Shown: in pieces, positions 29,809 to 40,351 of the stretch
Numbering within the stretch: position 1 is the first letter of the stretch
Layout: each line of letters begins with the position of its first letter
Assembly (NCBI GenBank): GCA_050916045.1
Contig: CP051526.1
Span: forward strand, 608,001 to 672,000
Direction: 5' to 3'
Origin: Tepidisphaera sp.
GTDB taxonomy: Bacteria; Planctomycetota; Phycisphaerae; Phycisphaerales; UBA1924
Length of the DNA: 64,000 nt
The notes under the pieces: model-generated
Database searches by the model: none
What the model was told of the DNA's origin: nothing
The model's input: the letters and a program-made list of their open reading frames with translations, nothing else
Program-made: the position numbers and the translations under genes

Positions 29809-31265
29809 CTCCCTGGATGGACAACCTCGCCAAGCCCGTTGCGGCCAAAGCCCCCGTGGTGGAAGCGGCCGCGACCGAGGTCACCCGGCTTGACGTCTTC
29901 CACTCGCACGTCTGGGTGCTCCTTATCGCGTTCCTCGTCACCCTCGGCATGACGCCCGTCATGCGGCTCCTCGCGATCAAGAACGGGATTGTCGACCGTC
30001 CGAACGAAGCCCGCAAGATCCACAAGATGCCCATCGCCTACCTCGGCGGCGTCGGCGTCTTTCTTGGCATCGTTGCCGGCATCTTCTGGAGCTACCTCGC
30101 CCACTTCTACCCCGAGGTCATGGGCGCTGAGGGCCTCAGCGCCGACATCAGCCTCGAGCAGCCGCCGCTGCCCCTCTCGATCCTCGCCGGAATGACGGTG
30201 ATCGCCGTGGTGGGCCTCATCGACGACGTCGTGGGAACGACCCCCCGGGTCAAGATCGGCGGCCAACTCTTCGCCGCCGCCGCCCTCGCCGCGACGGACG
30301 TGGGCGTCAAGGTCGGCGCGGGCGCGATCCTCCCCATCGCCAAGCTCGTCGGTATCGAGCCCCAGACCGTCGGCGGCGTCGAGACCGTCGCGTTCAACAT
30401 CCCGCTCCCGATCGTGATCGGGACGCTGGAACACATCCACATCGACCTCATCTACTGGGCGGGCACGGCGATCATCGCGTTCTTCGTGATCGGAGCCTGC
30501 AACGCTTCGAACCTCATCGACGGTCTGGACGGTTTGCTTTCGGGCGTCACGGCGATCGCGACGACCGGCTTCCTCGTGATCGCGCTGACGCTCGCGGTGA
30601 TGGAGGACGGCCCGCGCGACACGCAGCGAGTCGTGCTCTGCATGGCGGTGCTCGGAGCCTGTCTGGGGTTTCTGCCGCACAACTTCAACCCTGCGACGAT
30701 CTTCCTGGGCGACTGCGGGTCGCTGCTGCTCGGGTTTTGCGCGATCGTCATCATCCTGACCCTGGGCGACACCGGCAAGACGCACATGGTGCTCGCCGGG
30801 CTGGTCATCTACGCGATCCCACTGATCGACACCGCTCTGGCGATCGTCCGCCGCAAGATGGCCGGCAAGAAGATCTCCGACGCCGACAGCGACCACCTGC
30901 ACCACATGTTCAAGCGGGCGATGGGCGTCAAGGGCGCGGCGTTCTCGCTCTACGGCATCGGCGCGGTCTTCGCCGTGCTCGGCGTCGCGATGTCCCTCTG
31001 GAAAGCCCGCGTCGTCTGGGTCATCATCATCATCGCCCTCAGCTACATCGGTGTGATCGCCATCAAGGTCGCCCGCAAGAAGCAGCTCGAGGATCAGGCA
31101 AACAACTTCGACAAGAAGTCGCTCGCACCCCCTCCCCCCGTTCCCGTGAACGCCGCTTCCGCCGTCCCGGCCCTCGCCGGCGTCCCCGTGGCGATCCAAG
31201 GGTCCGCCCCAGCCATCCAGGCCGCGGGCGCCGCCGCTTCCAACCCGTCCTCAACCGTCGGGTAA
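29805..31265 (+). CDS. MraY/WecA family polyprenyl-phosphate sugar-1-phosphate transferase
   Basis: RKIH..PIAYLGG, GLIDD, NLIDGLDGL, FLGDCGS, DHLHH. Confidence 0.92.
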   Translation: MTPWMDNLAKPVAAKAPVVEAAATEVTRLDVFHSHVWVLLIAFLVTLGMTPVMRLLAIKNGIVDRPNEARKIHKMPIAYLGGVGVFLGIVAGIFWSYLAHFYPEVMGAEGLSADISLEQPPLPLSILAGMTVIAVVGLIDDVVGTTPRVKIGGQLFAAAALAATDVGVKVGAGAILPIAKLVGIEPQTVGGVETVAFNIPLPIVIGTLEHIHIDLIYWAGTAIIAFFVIGACNASNLIDGLDGLLSGVTAIATTGFLVIALTLAVMEDGPRDTQRVVLCMAVLGACLGFLPHNFNPATIFLGDCGSLLLGFCAIVIILTLGDTGKTHMVLAGLVIYAIPLIDTALAIVRRKMAGKKISDADSDHLHHMFKRAMGVKGAAFSLYGIGAVFAVLGVAMSLWKARVVWVIIIIALSYIGVIAIKVARKKQLEDQANNFDKKSLAPPPPVPVNAASAVPALAGVPVAIQGSAPAIQAAGAAASNPSSTVG

Positions 31266-31298
31266 TCGATCGTCCGGCCAAGCCTCTATACTGGCCGC

Positions 31299-32180
31299 AT
31301 GACTGGCAAGCCCGTGCGGACCATCGCGCTGATGAATCAGAAAGGCGGCGTCGGAAAGACGACGACCACCGTCAATCTCGCCGCGTCCTTCGCGCTCGCC
31401 GGGCGGCCCACCCTCGTCGTCGACCTTGACCCCCAGGGCCACGCCACGCTCCACCTCGGCGCCGACCCCAGCACCCTGACCAAGTCCGTCTACGACGTCC
31501 TGCTGGACCCCTCCGACCCCGCATCCGCGATCATCGAGGTCAAGCCCAACCTCTCGCTGCTCCCCGCCGTCACCGACCTCGCCGCGGCGGAGATCGAACT
31601 CGGCGCCGAGTCCGACCGCCTCCACCGGCTCGACAAAGCCTTCGCCGCCCTCGCCGGCAAGTACGAGTTCATCCTCATCGACTGCCCGCCATCGCTGGGC
31701 CTCCTCACCCTCAACGGGCTGACCGCGGCCCGCGAGGTCCTCATCCCGATGCAAGCCCACTTCCTCGCGCTCCAGGGCGTGGGCAAGCTGCTCGAGACGG
31801 TGCGCCTTGTGACCAAAGCGTCCAACCCGAGGCTCGTCGTGTCCGGCGTGGTGCTCTGCATGCACGACCCGGCTTCGACGCACGTCCGCGAGGTCGTCTC
31901 GGACATGGAGAAGTTCTTCGAGGACGGCCGCCAGACGGACACGCCTTGGCGGTTCGCCCGCGTCATGCGGCCGCCGATCCGCCGGAACATCAAGCTCGCC
32001 GAGTGCCCGAGCTTCGGCCAGACGATCTTCGAGTACGCTCCTCTCGCGCCTGGCGCGGAGGACTACAAGGTCCTCGGCACGCAGATGCTCCGCGAGTGGG
32101 ACGCTCTGCGGGCCAAGCGCGGCGCCGAGCCCGCGCCCGAGGTCGTCGTGCGGGCGACCGCGCCGGCCAAGGCGCTCTGA
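31299..32180 (+). CDS. ParA/Soj family ATPase
   Basis: NQKGGVGKTT, DLDPQG, IDCPPSLG, IRRNIKLAECPSFG. Confidence 0.93.
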   Translation: MTGKPVRTIALMNQKGGVGKTTTTVNLAASFALAGRPTLVVDLDPQGHATLHLGADPSTLTKSVYDVLLDPSDPASAIIEVKPNLSLLPAVTDLAAAEIELGAESDRLHRLDKAFAALAGKYEFILIDCPPSLGLLTLNGLTAAREVLIPMQAHFLALQGVGKLLETVRLVTKASNPRLVVSGVVLCMHDPASTHVREVVSDMEKFFEDGRQTDTPWRFARVMRPPIRRNIKLAECPSFGQTIFEYAPLAPGAEDYKVLGTQMLREWDALRAKRGAEPAPEVVVRATAPAKAL

Positions 32181-32204
32181 TCGATTCACCCAAGCGAGGA
32201 AGTC

Positions 32205-33650
32205 ATGGCTTCACACGGACCGGGATTTCACGGCCCCAAGTGTTGGGTTCTGAGCACGCTCGTCGGAGCGGGATCGGGCTTTGTCGTTTCCAAGCTTCTC
32301 CCCGGCGTGTACGTCGCGGGCACGACCAAGCCGGAGATCCCGATCTGGCTGCTCGGCCCGTTCGCGCTCCTCCTGCTCAGCGTGGCGGTGATGCCGTTCC
32401 TCGCGCCCAAGTTCTGGCACCGGCACTACCCGGATGTCTCCCTGTTTCTCGGAGCGGCGGTCGCGGCGTACTTCATCGCGGCTTTCGGTGTTCAGGGATA
32501 TCACGGGAGCGCGTCCTACGGCTCGTACGCGATGCTCCACTCCGGCCTTGAGTACTACTCGTTCATAGCGCTGGTGGGCGGACTTTACCTGGCGTCGGGC
32601 GGGATCGTGGTGGACCTGCGCGGTCGGGGCGGTCCGCTGGTGAACACGCTGATCCTGGGGTTCGGAGCGGTGCTCGCGAACCTCGTGGGTACGACGGGGG
32701 CCAGCGTTCTGCTCGTCCGGCCGTTCATGCGTCTGAACGAGGGCCGTCTCTCGCCGATGCACGTGGTCTTCTTCATCTTCATCGTGAGCAACTGCGGCGG
32801 GTCGCTGACGCCGATCGGCGATCCACCGCTCTACCTTGGATACCTCAAGGGCGTGCCGTTCTTCTGGACGGTCGAGCACCTGTGGAAGGACTGGCTTTTC
32901 GTCATCGGCTGCCTGCTCGCGGCGTTCGCGGTGTTTGACCGGGCGGTAGGCCGCAAGCACGCCGAGCCGGGTGTCCAGCCGCCGGCGAACCCGGCCCCGT
33001 CGGCCCGGTTCGGGTTTGGCATTCGCGGCCTGCCTGGCATCATCGGGATGCTCCTGCTGATCGGCGGCGTCTTCATCGACCCGATGCTGAAGGGGACGGC
33101 GGCCGAGGGTTGGCCGGTCGGAGCGACCTTCCAGATCATCGTGGCGCTCGCGACGTACAAGCTCTCAAGCTCGCGCAACCGTGAATCCAACGGGTTCACC
33201 TTCGAACCGATCAAGGAGGTCGCGCTCCTTTTCGCCGGGATCTTCGCGACCATGGCTCCCGCTCTCGCGTACCTCGCGACCCACGGCGCAAGCCTGGGCC
33301 TCACCTCGCCCACCGCGTTCTACTTCGGTACGGGAAGCCTGTCGGCCGTGCTCGACAACGCGCCCACCTACCTCAATTTCCTCCAGATCGCCGTCGGCGT
33401 CGAGATCAACGCCCAGTCCCTCGCGGCCTACCTCGCCCGCCCTGAGGGCGCCATCACCCTCCACGCGATTTCGACCGCCGCGGTCTTCTTCGGAGCCATG
33501 ACCTACATCGGCAACGGGCCCAACTTCATGGTCAAAGCCATCGCCGAATCCGCTGGCGTGAAGATGCCGAGCTTCTTCGGGTACCTGGGTCGGGCGATGC
33601 TCGTCCTGCTGCCCGTGCTGGTCCTTCACTGGGCGATTTTCATCCGCTGA
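32205..33650 (+). CDS. Ion-transporter superfamily membrane protein (putative Na+/H+ antiporter or CitMHS-like)
   Basis: Multi-TM; GTTGAS, NCGGSLTPIGDPPL, LDNAPTY, TYIGNGPN. Confidence 0.8.
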   Translation: MASHGPGFHGPKCWVLSTLVGAGSGFVVSKLLPGVYVAGTTKPEIPIWLLGPFALLLLSVAVMPFLAPKFWHRHYPDVSLFLGAAVAAYFIAAFGVQGYHGSASYGSYAMLHSGLEYYSFIALVGGLYLASGGIVVDLRGRGGPLVNTLILGFGAVLANLVGTTGASVLLVRPFMRLNEGRLSPMHVVFFIFIVSNCGGSLTPIGDPPLYLGYLKGVPFFWTVEHLWKDWLFVIGCLLAAFAVFDRAVGRKHAEPGVQPPANPAPSARFGFGIRGLPGIIGMLLLIGGVFIDPMLKGTAAEGWPVGATFQIIVALATYKLSSSRNRESNGFTFEPIKEVALLFAGIFATMAPALAYLATHGASLGLTSPTAFYFGTGSLSAVLDNAPTYLNFLQIAVGVEINAQSLAAYLARPEGAITLHAISTAAVFFGAMTYIGNGPNFMVKAIAESAGVKMPSFFGYLGRAMLVLLPVLVLHWAIFIR

Positions 33651-33772
33651 CCGGTGGATTCGCGGGTTTCCGCGTCGGCGAAACCGGATTGGTGGCGGTC
33701 CGGTATGCACGGGTTATGATCGGTAACGCGGGGCCGCACCGGCTCTCGCCGCTTCATTTGGAGACCTCGTCG

Positions 33773-35878
33773 ATGAAATCCATGCTGTCTGTTGCGGCTT
33801 TGCTCGCACTTTCGTCCGGGCTGTCCCCGGTTTCCCAAGCGGTGACCGGTCCGGAGGCACCCCTGCTCCCGCGTGAGGTCCTCTTCGGCAATCCCGAGCG
33901 GGCCAACCCGCAGATCAGCCACGACGGTCGGTACATCTCCTACTGCTCGGCGGTGGGGGGCGTGCTCAACATCTTCGTCGCTCCCGCCGACGACCTGACC
34001 AAAGCCAAAGCGGTCACCGCCGACAAGCTCCGCGGTATCACGAACTACTTCTGGGCGTACACCGGCAAGCACATCATCTACGTCCAGGACACCGGCGGCA
34101 ACGAGAACTTCCGCGTCTACGCGGCCGATGTCACCACCGGCGAGACCAAGCCGCTCACGACCGGCGACCCCATCACGGGTCCCGACGGCAAGCCGATCAT
34201 CCTGCCCAGCGGCCGCCCGCTCTACACCTCCGCCCGCATCGAGGGCATGTCGGAGAAGTTCCCCAACGAAATCCTGGTCGAACTTAACACCCGCGATCCG
34301 CAGTTCCACGATCTCTACAAGATCGACGTCACCACCGGCGCCGCGACGCTCGTCTTTGAGAACAAGGAATGGGCCGGCGTCACCACCGACGACGACTTCA
34401 AGGTCCGGTTCGTCAACCGGTTCACGGCCGACGGGTCGATGGAGTACCTCAAGCGGACCGACGCTGGCGCCTTCGAGCCTTTCGAGGTGATCCCGTCGAG
34501 CGATGCGCTCACGACGGGCATCGGCGGGTTCGACAAGACCGGCAAGGTCGTGTTCATGAACGACAGCCGCGGCCGCGACACCGGTGCTCTCTTCTCGATC
34601 GATCTGGCCACGGGCAAGAAGACCCTGGTCGCCGAGGATCCCCGCTGCGACGTCGGCGGCGTGATCACGCACCCCACCGAGAAGACCGTGCAGGCCGTTG
34701 CGTTCAACTACGAGCGGACGGAGTGGCGCGTCCTCGACAAGTCGATCGAAGCCGACCTCGCGTATCTCAAGACCGTCCGCGACGGCGAGGTCAACATCGT
34801 CGACCGCACGCTTGATGACAAGACCTGGCTCGTCGTCTTCACGCAGTCCGACGGCCCCGCGTACGTGTACAAGTACCAGCGCGGCGGCACGGCGGGCAAA
34901 GCCACGTTCCTCTTCAGCAACCGCCCGGCGCTCGAGAAACTCCCGCTCTCGAAGGTCAACCCGGTGGTGATCAAGAGCCGCGACGGTCTGAATCTCGTGA
35001 GCTACCTCACGCTTCCGAGCTGGCTGGACCAGGACAAGAACGCCCGTCCCGACGGCGGCGCGATCCCGATGGTGCTTTTCGTGCACGGCGGCCCGTGGGC
35101 CCGCGATTCCTACGGGTTCAGCGGGTACGGCCAGTGGCTGGCCAACCGCGGGTACGCGGTGCTCCAGGTGAACTTCCGCGGCAGCACGGGGTTCGGCAAG
35201 AACTTCGTGAACGCGGGCAACCGCGAGTGGGCCGGGAAGATGCACGACGACCTGATCGACGCGGTGAACTGGGCGGTTGACGAGAAGATCGCGAAGAAGG
35301 ACAAGGTCGCGATCATGGGCGGCAGCTACGGCGGGTACGCCACGCTGGTGGGCCTGACTTTCACGCCCGACGTCTTCGCGTGCGGCGTGGATATCGTCGG
35401 CCCCTCGAACATCAACACGCTGCTCAAGTCGATCCCGCCGGACTGGGCGCCGATGCTCGCGATGTTCCAGGAGCGGGTGGGTGACTTCAAGACCCCAGAG
35501 GGCATGAAGTTCCTCGAGTCGCGGAGCCCGCTCAACTTCATCGACAAGATCACCAAGCCGCTTCTCATCGGCCAGGGCGCCAACGACCCGCGCGTGAAGC
35601 GCACCGAAGCCGACCAGATCGTCGCCGCGATGGCCGCGAAGAAGATCCCCGTCACCTACGTCATCTTCCCGGATGAGGGCCACGGGTTTAAGCGCCCGGA
35701 GAACAACATCGCGTTCCAGGCCGTCGCCGAGGCTTTCCTCGCCCAGAACCTCGGCGGCCGCGCCGAGCCCTTCAGCGATGTCCTGACCCGCTCGACCGCC
35801 GAGATCCCGCACGGCGCCGAGTTCATCCCCGGCCTCAAGGACGCTCCCAAGCCCAAAGCCGCCGACCCCGTGAAGTAA
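33773..35878 (+). CDS. S9 family serine peptidase
   Basis: Signal peptide; VHGGPW, nucleophile GGSYGG, NDPRV, DEGHG. Confidence 0.93.
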   Translation: MKSMLSVAALLALSSGLSPVSQAVTGPEAPLLPREVLFGNPERANPQISHDGRYISYCSAVGGVLNIFVAPADDLTKAKAVTADKLRGITNYFWAYTGKHIIYVQDTGGNENFRVYAADVTTGETKPLTTGDPITGPDGKPIILPSGRPLYTSARIEGMSEKFPNEILVELNTRDPQFHDLYKIDVTTGAATLVFENKEWAGVTTDDDFKVRFVNRFTADGSMEYLKRTDAGAFEPFEVIPSSDALTTGIGGFDKTGKVVFMNDSRGRDTGALFSIDLATGKKTLVAEDPRCDVGGVITHPTEKTVQAVAFNYERTEWRVLDKSIEADLAYLKTVRDGEVNIVDRTLDDKTWLVVFTQSDGPAYVYKYQRGGTAGKATFLFSNRPALEKLPLSKVNPVVIKSRDGLNLVSYLTLPSWLDQDKNARPDGGAIPMVLFVHGGPWARDSYGFSGYGQWLANRGYAVLQVNFRGSTGFGKNFVNAGNREWAGKMHDDLIDAVNWAVDEKIAKKDKVAIMGGSYGGYATLVGLTFTPDVFACGVDIVGPSNINTLLKSIPPDWAPMLAMFQERVGDFKTPEGMKFLESRSPLNFIDKITKPLLIGQGANDPRVKRTEADQIVAAMAAKKIPVTYVIFPDEGHGFKRPENNIAFQAVAEAFLAQNLGGRAEPFSDVLTRSTAEIPHGAEFIPGLKDAPKPKAADPVK

Positions 35879-35919
35879 GCCCCTCGCCCGGCGAAGGGGA
35901 TCCGATCACCGTCCGAGAA

Positions 35920-35952
35920 AAGCCCGGCCCGCAAGGCCGGGCTTGTTTTTTT
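35920..35952 (+). terminator. Intrinsic terminator
   Basis: AAGCCCGGCC-CGCAA-GGCCGGGCTT followed by G and a T run. Confidence 0.88.
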
Positions 35953-36050
35953 GCCCCCGCCGCCGGCGCGTCCCCGAACGCACGCCGCCGGGTGGTCGAT
36001 ATTCGCGGTATGCCCCGCGTCCGGGGGGGCGTGCGAGGCTCGACCATCCC

Positions 36051-36425
36051 ATGAAGATCCTGCTGATCGACGATTCCAAGCCGATGCGAGACATCCAGAA
36101 GCAGGTGCTCGCGCAGATGGGGCTCACCGACGTCCACGAAGCCTGCGACGGCAAGGAAGCGTGGGACGTCGTCGCCACGGTCAAGCCCGACCTCATCCTG
36201 ATGGACCTCAACGTGCCCGTGATGGACGGCTTGGCGTTCGTCAAAGCGTTCCGCAAAGCCAACCGGACCACGCCGGTGATCATGGTCACCAACGAAGCGT
36301 CCAAAGCCCGGGTCCTCGAAGCGATCCAGGCGGGTGTGAACAACTACGTCGTCAAGCCGTTCGCCCCCGAGACGCTGACACGGCGCGTCCGCGAGACGCT
36401 CGCCAAGCGCGGCATCGCCGCTTGA
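36051..36425 (+). CDS. CheY-like single-domain response regulator
   Basis: LIDD, LMDLNVPVMDG, MVT, YVVKPF. Confidence 0.92.
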   Translation: MKILLIDDSKPMRDIQKQVLAQMGLTDVHEACDGKEAWDVVATVKPDLILMDLNVPVMDGLAFVKAFRKANRTTPVIMVTNEASKARVLEAIQAGVNNYVVKPFAPETLTRRVRETLAKRGIAA

Positions 36426-36641
36426 GCCTCGGTCACGGTGGGGAATCCTCCAACCGCGGCGAACCGCAACCGCGGACGGTGCGAATCGGAATCGCTGGAG
36501 CCCTTCCGGGGGGAAGTGGGGCGGCGGCCGCGCGGTCGGGACCATGTCCCTGACAAAGACCGTTCGGCGTCGAGTCGCCTATGCTGATCCAACGAGCCCG
36601 TGAGCTCGATGGCGGCGGGGGCCAGACGAGTGAGCGTGCCG

Positions 36642-38186
36642 ATGAATCGACGTGGCCTGATGGTCTTGGTTTGTGTCATGGTCGCAGCGGCGGGTGAGGC
36701 CCGCTCGCTGGAAGCGGCGTGGCAACCCGGAACGGAACCCGCGCCCGCGCCGAGCCCCGCGCCTCAGCCTGAGTCGAGCCCGCCGCCGGCCCAGCCTGTT
36801 GCGCCGCCCGCAACCAATCCGCCCGCGACCCCGCCTGAGACCCCGCCTTCGACCACCCCCGGCAGCCAGCCGCCGGCTCAGCCCGCTTCGCCGGCCACCG
36901 AGCCCAAACCCGCCGAAGCCAAACCCGCCGAGCCTCAACCTGCCGAAACGGTCACTCCGCAAGCACCGCCGCATCCGGACGCGGGCTCGCCTGCTCCCAA
37001 GGTCGTGCAGCCCGTCGCCGGCGGGGACACCATCGAAGCTGTGGTCTATCTCAAGGACGGCCGTCGGCTTGCGGGCTTCCTTCATTCCCGCGACGAGAAG
37101 CAGACGATTCTCCGGATCGAGGGTGTGAATTCGCCCATCGCGGAGGAACTGATCGATCGGGTAGAGATCCTGCCGTCGGTCGAGGCGCGTTACGAGATCC
37201 TTCGCGCGGCGATCAATGACAAGGACGTCGATCGCCTGGTGCTTCTCTGCCAGTGGCTGCTCGCTCGCAAGCAGTACGACATCGCGCTGCGCGAGCTTGA
37301 GCCCATCGTCAAAGCACACCCGGAGAACCTGGAAGCAAGACGCCTCAAGACGCTTGTGGAGCAGCAGAAGCTCGTGGATCAGGCATCGGCCGAAGCCAGA
37401 GCCAGGCGCGGCGAGGTTCCCGCTGGAACGCCCGGCGGCAAGTCGAGCAAGCCGTTGTTCCCCACGCTTCTGCCCGACGACATCAACCTGATGCGGGTTT
37501 TCCAGGTGGATCTGGACAACCCTCCCAAGATCGTGATTCCGCGCGAGATGATCGACGAGATGATCCGCAAATACGCCGATCGGCCGCAGATCCCCTCGAC
37601 GCAGGAGGGCCGCGAAGCGATGTACCGCAAGCGATCCGGGCAGATCCTGCGGATCGCTTTCGAGCTCAAAGCCCGCGAGCTTTACGGGATGGCCCGGGTG
37701 CTCGAGGATCCCAAGCCGATCAAGGCTTTCCGGGAGGATGTGTGGCGTGGTTGGGTGCTGAACTCGTGCGCGACCTCGCGTTGCCACGGCGGGGAGGAAG
37801 CCGGCCGTCTCTGGCTCCTGAGTGCCAAGACGAACGCGGAAGCCACGGTCTTCACGAACCTGATGATCCTGCACCAGTTCAAGCTTGCCGACGGGACGCC
37901 CCTGATCAACTACGACAAGCCGGCGGAATCGCCGCTGCTTCAGATGGCGCTCCGGCCCGAGTCGTCCAAGCTTCCGCACCCGCGGGTGGATCAGGTCGGC
38001 AAGGGTGAGAAGTTCCGCCCGGTGTTCGCTTCCCCCGAGGAGCGGCGCTTTCAGGAAACGGTGGAGTGGATCAAGTCGATGTACGTCCCCCAGGGCCGGG
38101 AGTACCCGATCAAGTACGATCCACCGGTGCCGGCGGGGGCCAGGCCGATCGGCCCGGACTCCAAGAAGGCCGATCCGGGGCGGTGA
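36642..38186 (+). CDS. Secreted protein with Pro-rich linker and putative c-type heme domain
   Basis: Signal peptide, Pro/Ala/Glu-rich N-terminus, CATSRCH motif, PAESPLL. Confidence 0.7.
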   Translation: MNRRGLMVLVCVMVAAAGEARSLEAAWQPGTEPAPAPSPAPQPESSPPPAQPVAPPATNPPATPPETPPSTTPGSQPPAQPASPATEPKPAEAKPAEPQPAETVTPQAPPHPDAGSPAPKVVQPVAGGDTIEAVVYLKDGRRLAGFLHSRDEKQTILRIEGVNSPIAEELIDRVEILPSVEARYEILRAAINDKDVDRLVLLCQWLLARKQYDIALRELEPIVKAHPENLEARRLKTLVEQQKLVDQASAEARARRGEVPAGTPGGKSSKPLFPTLLPDDINLMRVFQVDLDNPPKIVIPREMIDEMIRKYADRPQIPSTQEGREAMYRKRSGQILRIAFELKARELYGMARVLEDPKPIKAFREDVWRGWVLNSCATSRCHGGEEAGRLWLLSAKTNAEATVFTNLMILHQFKLADGTPLINYDKPAESPLLQMALRPESSKLPHPRVDQVGKGEKFRPVFASPEERRFQETVEWIKSMYVPQGREYPIKYDPPVPAGARPIGPDSKKADPGR

Positions 38187-38341
38187 TCCGTGCGAAAGGG
38201 ACGCGGGACAAGCGCGGCGAGTTCTGATACGATGGGTCCCCCTGACGGGCGCAGGTCGGTTCGGGGTTTGGAAGGTTTTGAATTCGGACGACCAAAGTCC
38301 GCAGAGAACGATTGCCCCCTCGCGGGGTCGGAGCGTGAAGC

Positions 38342-40327
38342 ATGATGGCTGGAAGCAAGATCAGATCGACCCGCGGGATGACCTCTCTGTTCGCGTTGGC
38401 GGGCCTGGCCGGAGCGGCGCTCTCGGTCGCCAGCCTCGGCGGATGCCGTGAGGATCCGGCGGCTTTGCAAGCGATCAAGAAAGCCGGTCACTCGATCAAC
38501 ACGGTCGCGGGCGGGGCGGAAGCCGCCGTCTCGATCGATCGGCAGGAGACGGCGTTCAAGCAGGCGCTGAGCGAGCTCGGCGCTGCGAAGGTCGATCCTT
38601 CGAATCCTCTGGCTTCGGCGACGGGCATCCTGACCGCGGCTTCGCAGCTGGGTTCGGCGGGAACGGCATCGGAGGCGGGGCAGGCGAGCCTGAACACGCT
38701 CTCCGGCCTTCGCAGTGAGCTTCGCAGCTCGGTGCTCCAGTGGGCTTCGGTGAACGCGGTGGCGGAGTCGGCGAAGTACGACGCCGCGCCGCGTCTGGCG
38801 GAGATCGACGCTCAGCTGACCGCGGCCCGGGGCGAGCAGCAGCAGGCTCAGGAGCGTCTGGCCGCGGTCGTCCGCGAGCAGGACGCGATGATGGCCAGCG
38901 CGAAGGAGAAAGCCGATCAGGCTTCGAAGTTCGAGCAGGAGTCCGTCACGCTCCGCGAGCAGGCGAGGCGCATGTCGGCCGCGGACTCCCAGTCCGTCCT
39001 CGCCAAGGCTCTGGAAGCCAAGCGTCAGTGCGATGAGCTTCGCCTGGCGCTCGCGAAGATCGAAGCCGATGCCACGCTTCTTGAGCCCAAGAAACTCGGG
39101 CTGAACCAGCGACTCCAGGAACTTGAGATCGGGATCAAGTCCGTCGAAGGCGAGCGCGTCCGCGTGCAGAAGCGCGGCGAGGAAGCCGCGTCGGTCCAGA
39201 CCCAGGCCCGGACCCAGATCAATGCGACCGCTGGCGTCGTCGACGGCTTTGCCAAGAAGATCTCCGAAGAACGCGAAAAGGTCCTCGGCCCCGCGATCGA
39301 CGAAGTGATCGAGATCTGCAAGAAAGCCGCGTCCTCCGCGTCCTCCGCGAAGGGTCCGATGTACGCCGCCGTCGCCAAGCTTCGCCTCGGTGAGGTGCTC
39401 CTGGTCAAGGCCGGCGAAGCCCGCGAGCACGCCGCTGTCATGGCCGAGCTCGCTTCCGTCAAGCCCGCTCTCGCGTCTCAGGCTTCCTACGCCGAAGCCG
39501 CCAAGGCCGCGCTTGAAGTCGAGAAGACCGCGACCGCTGAAGCCAAGGAAGCCCTGGAAGCCGCCCGCTCGGGCTACAAGGCGCTCCGCGTCAAGGGCGA
39601 AGCCGACGAGGCCGCTCAGGCCGCTCTCATCAAGTACCTCACGCAGGTCGGCGGGCTGACTCCCGACGATGCGGAGAATCCGCCCGCCGCGGAAGGCACG
39701 CCCGCCGAGGGCGAAGGCCCCGAGAAGGGCCCGGCGACCCCCGGCGACGCCGCCGCGATGGACCCCGATGTGAAGGCTCTGCTCACCGAGCTTGGACAGG
39801 CCGTCGACGCCGTTGACGTCGACCGCGTTTCCGCCATCGCGTTCTTCGACGGAGCGACCGAAGAAGAATCGAGCGCGATGAAGCCCGTCTTCGCCGCCAC
39901 GCTCAAGCTCGACGAAGCCTGCAAGTCCAAGTTCAAGGTCTCCTTCGGCGACCACATGTCCAAGATGGCCCCCGGCGGCGGCGATGGCGAGATCCAGTCG
40001 ATGCCCGGGTCCGCCGAGCTCGCGGACGCCAAAACCGAGGTCGATGGCGACAAAGCCACGGTGACCCTCGCCAGCGGCCTCAAGATGGCCCTCAAGAAGG
40101 TTGACGGCGTCTGGAAGGTCAACCTTTCCGACGCCGACGACACCCCGCAGAAGCGGGCGCAGATCGCGGCCATGGCTTCCGGGCTCGTCCCGGCGATGGA
40201 AGAGATCACCGCCGACGTCAAAGCCGACAAGTTCGCTTCCATCGACGAGGTCGCTCAGGCGATCATGGCCAAGCTGCAAGCGATCATGACCGGCGGCGGC
40301 AAGGGTGGAGGCGGCGCCGGCGGCTGA
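38342..40327 (+). CDS. Coiled-coil lipoprotein of unknown function
   Basis: Lipobox-like LGGC; long Ala/Glu/Lys/Gln-rich helical region. Confidence 0.75.
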   Translation: MMAGSKIRSTRGMTSLFALAGLAGAALSVASLGGCREDPAALQAIKKAGHSINTVAGGAEAAVSIDRQETAFKQALSELGAAKVDPSNPLASATGILTAASQLGSAGTASEAGQASLNTLSGLRSELRSSVLQWASVNAVAESAKYDAAPRLAEIDAQLTAARGEQQQAQERLAAVVREQDAMMASAKEKADQASKFEQESVTLREQARRMSAADSQSVLAKALEAKRQCDELRLALAKIEADATLLEPKKLGLNQRLQELEIGIKSVEGERVRVQKRGEEAASVQTQARTQINATAGVVDGFAKKISEEREKVLGPAIDEVIEICKKAASSASSAKGPMYAAVAKLRLGEVLLVKAGEAREHAAVMAELASVKPALASQASYAEAAKAALEVEKTATAEAKEALEAARSGYKALRVKGEADEAAQAALIKYLTQVGGLTPDDAENPPAAEGTPAEGEGPEKGPATPGDAAAMDPDVKALLTELGQAVDAVDVDRVSAIAFFDGATEEESSAMKPVFAATLKLDEACKSKFKVSFGDHMSKMAPGGGDGEIQSMPGSAELADAKTEVDGDKATVTLASGLKMALKKVDGVWKVNLSDADDTPQKRAQIAAMASGLVPAMEEITADVKADKFASIDEVAQAIMAKLQAIMTGGGKGGGGAGG

Positions 40328-40351
40328 CCGCGAAGTCCGGAGCACGCGACA

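Noticed and set aside
36451..36475. Direct repeat CAACCGCGG twice after the response regulator
   Set aside because: Only 9 bp and GC-rich; could easily arise by chance.
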